From contig JBHGNT010001058.1 in assembly GCA_043228905.1 (NCBI GenBank), positions 1 to 12,505 of the forward strand: DNA of 12,505 bases. Reading direction: 5' to 3'. Both the position numbers and the translations under genes were made by a program. This document shows positions 8,001-12,505 of the stretch, piece by piece; within the stretch, counting starts at the first letter, position 1; each line of letters begins with the position of its first letter. This DNA comes from Azolla caroliniana. Taxonomy: Eukaryota; Plantae; Polypodiophyta. The notes under the pieces were generated by a model. It saw only the letters and a list, made by a program, of their open reading frames with translations. It searched no databases and was not told the DNA's origin.

Positions 8001-10402
8001 AATCATCATAAAATAAAAATTAATATATTTAATGTTGATTCCTAGATGGCAATACAAGTTATTAATGCATGCAAACAAAAATACATGGAAGTAGACGACC
8101 AATAACTACAAATTGAATGTGAGAAATGTGCATTTAATGAACAAAAGAAGCATGTGGCATGCTCTTACCAAGGCATTGAATAGCTCGCTTACGAAGGTTA
8201 GTTTGACTTGAATTCAGTTGCACAAGCATTGAGTTCAACAACTTCTCATGCTCCATGACCATTAGATTTCCAAATCGGTGAAGTACATCACAAAAAATAT
8301 CAAGACACTCTCCTTTAACTTCAGAACTCGTACTCTGAAACATCAGGATTGAATATTTCATTTAACTGCATAAGAAATTAAGCTAAGTTCCAATCAAAAA
8401 GCCAAATAGAAAAAGATATCCTGGGACATACTGATGTGCTAATTCCTTTCACCAACTTTGGAGAGAGTAAGCCTACAACACCTTGAGCAACAGATCCACT
8501 ACTAATTTCAGCAACCACAGTTTTTAAAGCAATGCTTGCAATATCACGCTGTTGTTCCTTCCCTGTTAACAACTTCGTACATAGTGTATCTGATATTTCT
8601 ATAACTCTGTTCTCGCTGACTTTTTTAACCAGTGGAGCCAGACTGCTCAAAACAAGTATAACGCATTGAATCATATAGTAAATTATGAAAGGTTAAAACC
8701 TAGAAATTGGTTTATTACTGGAATGGAGATGTCCAGCACATTAGAAAACTATCTCAAAAGATCATGGATTACATAAACGATTCCATTAATAGCACAGACT
8801 AGATATTATGACAACTCTATTCTCATCATTAATGCCCAAGTGTAGGGAGTTTATAGACTTAAGGTTTCTCCAACAACTGCAAATTACATCATTGAAAACT
8901 TAGTAAAAGAATGGCCAAAGAATAAAGCACTAGTTTAAGAAGGTGCTGGATTAGTCATTGTTTGTAATCATTTTTCAAAGTGTTCAGATGATACAATGTG
9001 ATTTCTGTTGAAGTTTATAAGGTAAGGATAATCAATAGCAGGGATAGATTTGTACCATCTTTATCTTTCTACGATAGATCATAGCTCGATTTCATTGTTA
9101 AGTCCTAACATTAAGGTTCTTTGGAGTTCCTGACTGAATCCCATTAGTATACCTTATATGTTTTGTTAATAGCATACACACCTAGAATTAAGGTTCTTTG
9201 GATTTCCTAACTGAAGAAATGCCTAAAGATACAAATATATCGAGTTACACATAAATGAGCTTAATATGCAAATTAATAAACGTTTTTAAGCTCTTGTGTG
9301 CACATGAAACTATAATACATGAGACGCTCGTCTCAAGGAGTAAAAATTTGTCTATTGTTTCATACATCCCAATTGCATTGTGGATTAAATATGATTGTAT
9401 CCATTTCAACCTCATCAATGGCGAAAAAGTAGGTGACGATTCTCACATATCAACGTCTTCAAATTACAGCTTAGACCTGAACATACTAAACTAAAATCGT
9501 GCAGCTTATACCATATTGGTACAAGCACATCATGAACTGTCCCAAAATGTGCCCACCTCAACTAGTATAGATTATGTTGGTTACTTCATGCATTGTACGT
9601 GGCTATATGCTATGGCATCCCTACTCACATCGTTGATGGCCAACAGTAAGCCAATATTCATGCACCAACTATGAGTATACTCTTACATTTACAGCCCTGG
9701 GATGAATATCATATCACATTGTCCACAAACATCAAGAAATTAAAGTTCTTCAGATTCCACTGTATTAACACAACCGATCAATAAATAATCCAGGTTCCAA
9801 AAGATACATATATCCCAAGGTTCATATTAGCCAGTTTGCCAATTCATACTAAACAGTTTTTTATTACTATGGCAAAAATATGCATTTCTCCTATGAAATT
9901 GCCTCTCAAATTATACAAAGACATGGAGAAATATGTACAAAATGGTTCTTTTGGAGGGTAAATAATTAAACTACAAATAACTATGCCTTTGTAACCCAAT
10001 TGTCTCTACTCAACATTTGATAATGCAAAGCTGAGGAGAAAATGCATGTGAGCTTACCATTTCACAGCAAGACCTGAAATATCTCCACTTGGATCATCGA
10101 GCTGCTGAAGAACAATCTGTGATATCTTACGCTCACTATCCACATCAGTTCTGAATGTATCTTTCTGAAGCTCGTTCAAAAGATCCGATGTGGCCATGTA
10201 TCGATAATCCTTATCCTTGGAAACGATCTAGACGTTTTGTTGTGCAGTATTAGTCAGAAAATAGATCATCAATACACGATTCATTTCTGAACATCTCACA
10301 ACTAGTAAATTTCGAAGAGGAAGAAGAAAGACAAAAACACAGGAAAAAAAGTTTAAAGAAAATGTAGCCTACCTTTTCGAGGATCATGGTCAAGTTCGCC
10401 AT
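4949..10402 (-). CDS. CAND1: CAND1, cullin-associated NEDD8-dissociated protein 1; 5' part of a spliced gene (coding exons 1-18, ~693 aa), continuing beyond window start
   Basis: Spliced translation [32 protein letters not shown]...[12 protein letters not shown]...[20 protein letters not shown]...[14 protein letters not shown] matches remembered CAND1 motifs. All 18 donors are GT and all 17 internal acceptors AG, phases are consistent, and exon lengths sum to 2081 nt. Confidence 0.97.
5162..5254 (-). CDS. CAND1: CAND1 coding exon 17
   Basis: gtgaag|[31 protein letters not shown]|gtatac; 93 nt; less common AAG acceptor. Confidence 0.9.
5347..5487 (-). CDS. CAND1: CAND1 coding exon 16
   Basis: tttcag|[11 protein letters not shown]...[16 protein letters not shown]|gtttat; 141 nt. 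Confidence 0.95.
5587..5670 (-). CDS. CAND1: CAND1 coding exon 15
   Basis: ttcag|[28 protein letters not shown]|gtattc; 84 nt. Confidence 0.94.
5751..5864 (-). CDS. CAND1: CAND1 coding exon 14
   Basis: ctgcag|[38 protein letters not shown]|gtgagt; 114 nt. Confidence 0.95.
5939..6037 (-). CDS. CAND1: CAND1 coding exon 13
   Basis: ttgtag|[19 protein letters not shown]...FHQHVK|gtaagt; 99 nt. Confidence 0.95.
6140..6241 (-). CDS. CAND1: CAND1 coding exon 12
   Basis: ttgcag|[34 protein letters not shown]|gtaggg; 102 nt. Confidence 0.95.
6322..6406 (-). CDS. CAND1: CAND1 coding exon 11
   Basis: tgacag|[28 protein letters not shown]|gtcaag; 85 nt. Confidence 0.93.
6486..6568 (-). CDS. CAND1: CAND1 coding exon 10
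   Basis: tttcag|[14 protein letters not shown]...DPS|gtatgc; 83 nt. Confidence 0.92.
6654..6704 (-). CDS. CAND1: CAND1 coding exon 9
   Basis: ctgtag|[17 protein letters not shown]|gtgata; 51 nt. Confidence 0.95.
6843..6966 (-). CDS. CAND1: CAND1 coding exon 8
   Basis: ttacag|[33 protein letters not shown]...YGK|gtgcaa; 124 nt. Confidence 0.93.
7041..7201 (-). CDS. CAND1: CAND1 coding exon 7
   Basis: atacag|ALESFVLRC...[13 protein letters not shown]...|gtaagt; 161 nt. Confidence 0.95.
7316..7430 (-). CDS. CAND1: CAND1 coding exon 6
   Basis: ggcag|[11 protein letters not shown]...[12 protein letters not shown]|gtatgt; 115 nt. Confidence 0.95.
7835..7964 (-). CDS. CAND1: CAND1 coding exon 5
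   Basis: caacag|(A)[11 protein letters not shown]...IQMIGAF(S)|gtttgt; 130 nt. Confidence 0.93.
8169..8334 (-). CDS. CAND1: CAND1 coding exon 4
   Basis: tttcag|[22 protein letters not shown]...RKRAIQCL|gtaaga; 166 nt. Confidence 0.95.
8432..8642 (-). CDS. CAND1: CAND1 coding exon 3
   Basis: gcag|[10 protein letters not shown]...[15 protein letters not shown]...KGISTS|gtatgt; 211 nt; within ORF 8378..8674. Confidence 0.95.
9104..9215. repeat. 35-bp imperfect direct repeat in CAND1 intron 2
   Basis: cctaacattaaggttctttggagttcctgactgaa (9104) vs cctagaattaaggttctttggatttcctaactgaa (9181). Confidence 0.8.
10058..10227 (-). CDS. CAND1: CAND1 coding exon 2
   Basis: tctag|[22 protein letters not shown]...[10 protein letters not shown](C)|gtaagc; 170 nt. 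Confidence 0.95.
10373..10402 (-). CDS. CAND1: CAND1 coding exon 1
   Basis: ATG GCG AAC...GAA AAG|gtaggc; [10 protein letters not shown], 30 nt. Confidence 0.9.
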
Positions 10403-10475
10403 AATGTGCAAGGGAGTGAGAATCCAAGGGAGCGAGAATCCGATTCCTTAAAAGAGAAGAAGAAAACCCGTTCGT

Positions 10476-10668
10476 CTGCGAGGGGTAAGCAAACCATGAC
10501 AGGAAACAAAAACAGCAGAAGACAAAAAAAAAACGAATATACACACATATATAGGTATGTATGTAAGTGTTAACTGCTCCTGGTGAGCACCAATTCATGT
10601 GCAAATGAAGCTATGGCGGATGGAGAGACAGAGACAGAGAGAGAGAGACAGAGAGAGAGATTACTTAC
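10476..10668 (-). other. Putative 5'UTR intron of CAND1
   Basis: Consensus donor GAG|GTAAGT at 10668; T-rich tract followed by cccctcgcag acceptor at 10476-10477 (alternative tttaag at 10447-10448). Confidence 0.55.
10623..10660. repeat. Imperfect GA/GACA microsatellite
   Basis: gagagacagagacagagagagagagacagagagagaga. Confidence 0.9.
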
Positions 10669-10773
10669 CTCGCGTGTGAGAGGAATCTGATGATCTATGT
10701 GTGTGTCTGTCTGTACTGCAGAAGAGCTAGGTTTAGAGGGGTAGAGACTGAGAGATTTTTGTAGAATCAGAGA

Positions 10774-10776
<3 letters not shown>

Positions 10777-10808
<32 letters not shown>
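10777..10808. repeat. (GA)16 microsatellite; CT-rich on the gene sense strand, likely near the TSS or in the 5'UTR
   Basis: Perfect dinucleotide run about 375 bp upstream of the ATG. Confidence 0.95.
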
Positions 10809-10812
<4 letters not shown>

Positions 10813-10937
10813 GTCCCAAGGGGCCACTAATCCCACCAAGGGCTACAATGCTAGTCTAGTCTGCCCGTCTCGACACAACTTGAGCCGAAGCGATTCCACA
10901 TACATTCCGAATCGTGCCAATTAACAAACACAGACCC

Positions 10938-10954
10938 AAAAAAAAAAAAAAAAA
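10938..10954. repeat. Poly(dA) tract, A17
   Basis: Homopolymer in the presumed promoter region. Confidence 0.9.
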
Positions 10955-11043
10955 GAAGCCCGGTTGATCGCATTGCCGACATAATGGTTTCAGACACATG
11001 CTTTTTTTACTTTTTAGTGCAATCGTCACTAATGTGTATGCGA

Positions 11044-11383
11044 TCACGTAAAATGGGTTTGCTTCGTTGCAACCTTGCAATTGAGGCTATGATATCGAGT
11101 CCTATGAGTGCAAGCAACATATGGCGAGCAGTGATCCCCATTATCTGGCGATAGCATTTGTCACCCATGTTTCCTTGTTTATATCCCCATATTCTCGTCT
11201 CAACCTATGTTGTCACGTAATGGGTTTGCTTCGTTGCAACCTTGCAATTGAGGCTGTGATATCAAGTCCTATGTGTGCAAGCAACATATGGCAAAGCAGT
11301 GATCTCCATTATCTAGCCATAGTATTTCTCACCCATGTTTCCTTGTTTATATCCCCATACTCTCGTCTCAACCTATGTTGTCA
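11044..11383. repeat. Tandem duplication of a ~169-bp unit
   Basis: Units 11044-11212 and 11213-11380 differ by about 10 substitutions and 2 small indels; tca at all three junctions. Confidence 0.95.
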
Positions 11384-11858
11384 TTAGCATTTACTCCTCG
11401 ACAAGTTGTCCTTGCATATGGGCAAAGAGCCATAATTAGCCATCTAGCTCGAGGTTTAGTTGGTCCTCTAGAACGAGGCTATGAAGAAGTCCAACCAGTG
11501 AATATGGGTGTCCTCTTGCCGCTTTGGATATGACAAGCAATGAAGTGAGTGCATGGCCCATATGACTTATTTATATCCCAATACTCTCAATCTACATTGT
11601 CATCGACATCCATGAGATCAATTTACATAGTTACAGAAGAAATCAATGATGTGTATGAGCCCCTTTTCACAACAAAACAAACATCTACATCTTCAAGTTT
11701 CTCCAATGTGGCTAAAGCTTTTATGTATATGTATGTATGTATCATCGAGGTTGGGAGATATAAAATGATGTGGCTAAAGTTGATTGAAAGCAGACACACG
11801 AAAGTGGCAATGTTCTAGAAAAGATGCCCCTTGATCACTAAAATGTTAATCGAATGTT

Positions 11859-11873
11859 TGAATTTTCTAGAAA
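11859..11873. promoter_or_regulatory. Perfect three-unit heat-shock element
   Basis: tGAAt-tTTCt-aGAAa matches nGAAnnTTCnnGAAn; a two-unit gTTCtaGAAa lies at 11812-11821. Confidence 0.4.
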
Positions 11874-12505
11874 GTTGGGAATACTCATAAAGGGAATCCC
11901 CAAATAGGTAGTATTGCTCATGTTTTTTAAGCTATTCCATTACTCCGTAATCATGCTTGATTAGCAATTAAAAAATAGCGCCCTCATTCAAAAAAGTGTT
12001 GATTAGTTTTGGGACATGCAAGGAATACGAATAAAAGCAAATCATCCTACATAGAAATCCTATAAAATTGTAGTATTTGTTGTAATTTCCTATTACAGTC
12101 ATTGCTTGAGAATCAAAGTTGATGCATACATTCCCGATCATTGGTTGGTTAATATAAAACGAACTCATGGATAAAAAAACTCTTACTCCGTCGAGTGAGG
12201 GGCAATATGAATTAGATATTGACTAAAAAAACATTTGTTTATGGTTTGTTATCTAGTGTTTGTGTACACAACGTAAATGTCCCAATGTTTATGATAGGTC
12301 GTTTGGATTTTTCACTTTGATCATGGTTGACCCCTTTATGTTTGCACAGATGCACTTTTGAAATTTTGCATTTGTTACATAATTACAGGAGATACAAAGT
12401 GTGCACCAATTACTCAAGTATATTTTCAAATGGGAGAAAATCTAGTGTTTTCATGATGTTGTTTTAGTATACTTAATATGTGATTTGTGTGTGTTTGAGA
12501 TGCAT

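Noticed and set aside
10353-11080. Minus-strand ORFs of 74-89 aa upstream of CAND1
   Set aside because: They run through microsatellites and poly(A/T) tracts (SLSLSL, FFFFF) and are not protein-like.
11044-11383. CRISPR-like or satellite array
   Set aside because: Only two long units with no repeat-spacer structure, in a eukaryotic context.
11121-11387. 88-aa ORF with an internal repeat
   Set aside because: A by-product of the 169-bp tandem duplication; indels between the units do not preserve frame.
11968-12200. Possible organellar insertion or small gene
   Set aside because: No frame gave a protein or RNA I could recognise; a BLASTN search would be needed.

Overview
Land-plant nuclear DNA. 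The minus strand carries the 5' part of a CAND1 (cullin-associated NEDD8-dissociated protein 1) gene: 18 coding exons read by hand from the ATG at 10402 down to 4949, all GT-AG with consistent phases, 2081 nt or about 693 codons. The rest of the gene lies beyond position 1. Intron 18 (4948 to <1) holds a nested transposon structure, all in the gene's sense orientation. A degenerate LINE-like element (ORF1-like and APE-endonuclease-like remnants) is split by a young Ty1/copia LTR element at 619-4116. The copia element has TG..CA LTRs, an AGAAA target-site duplication, an iMet PBS and a PPT, but lacks gag, protease and the integrase zinc finger and keeps only decayed IN-RT-RNaseH. Upstream of CAND1 are a probable 5'UTR intron, GA/CT microsatellites, a poly(dA) tract, a ~169-bp tandem duplication and a perfect heat-shock element. 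Family assignments come from remembered motifs; no searches were run.
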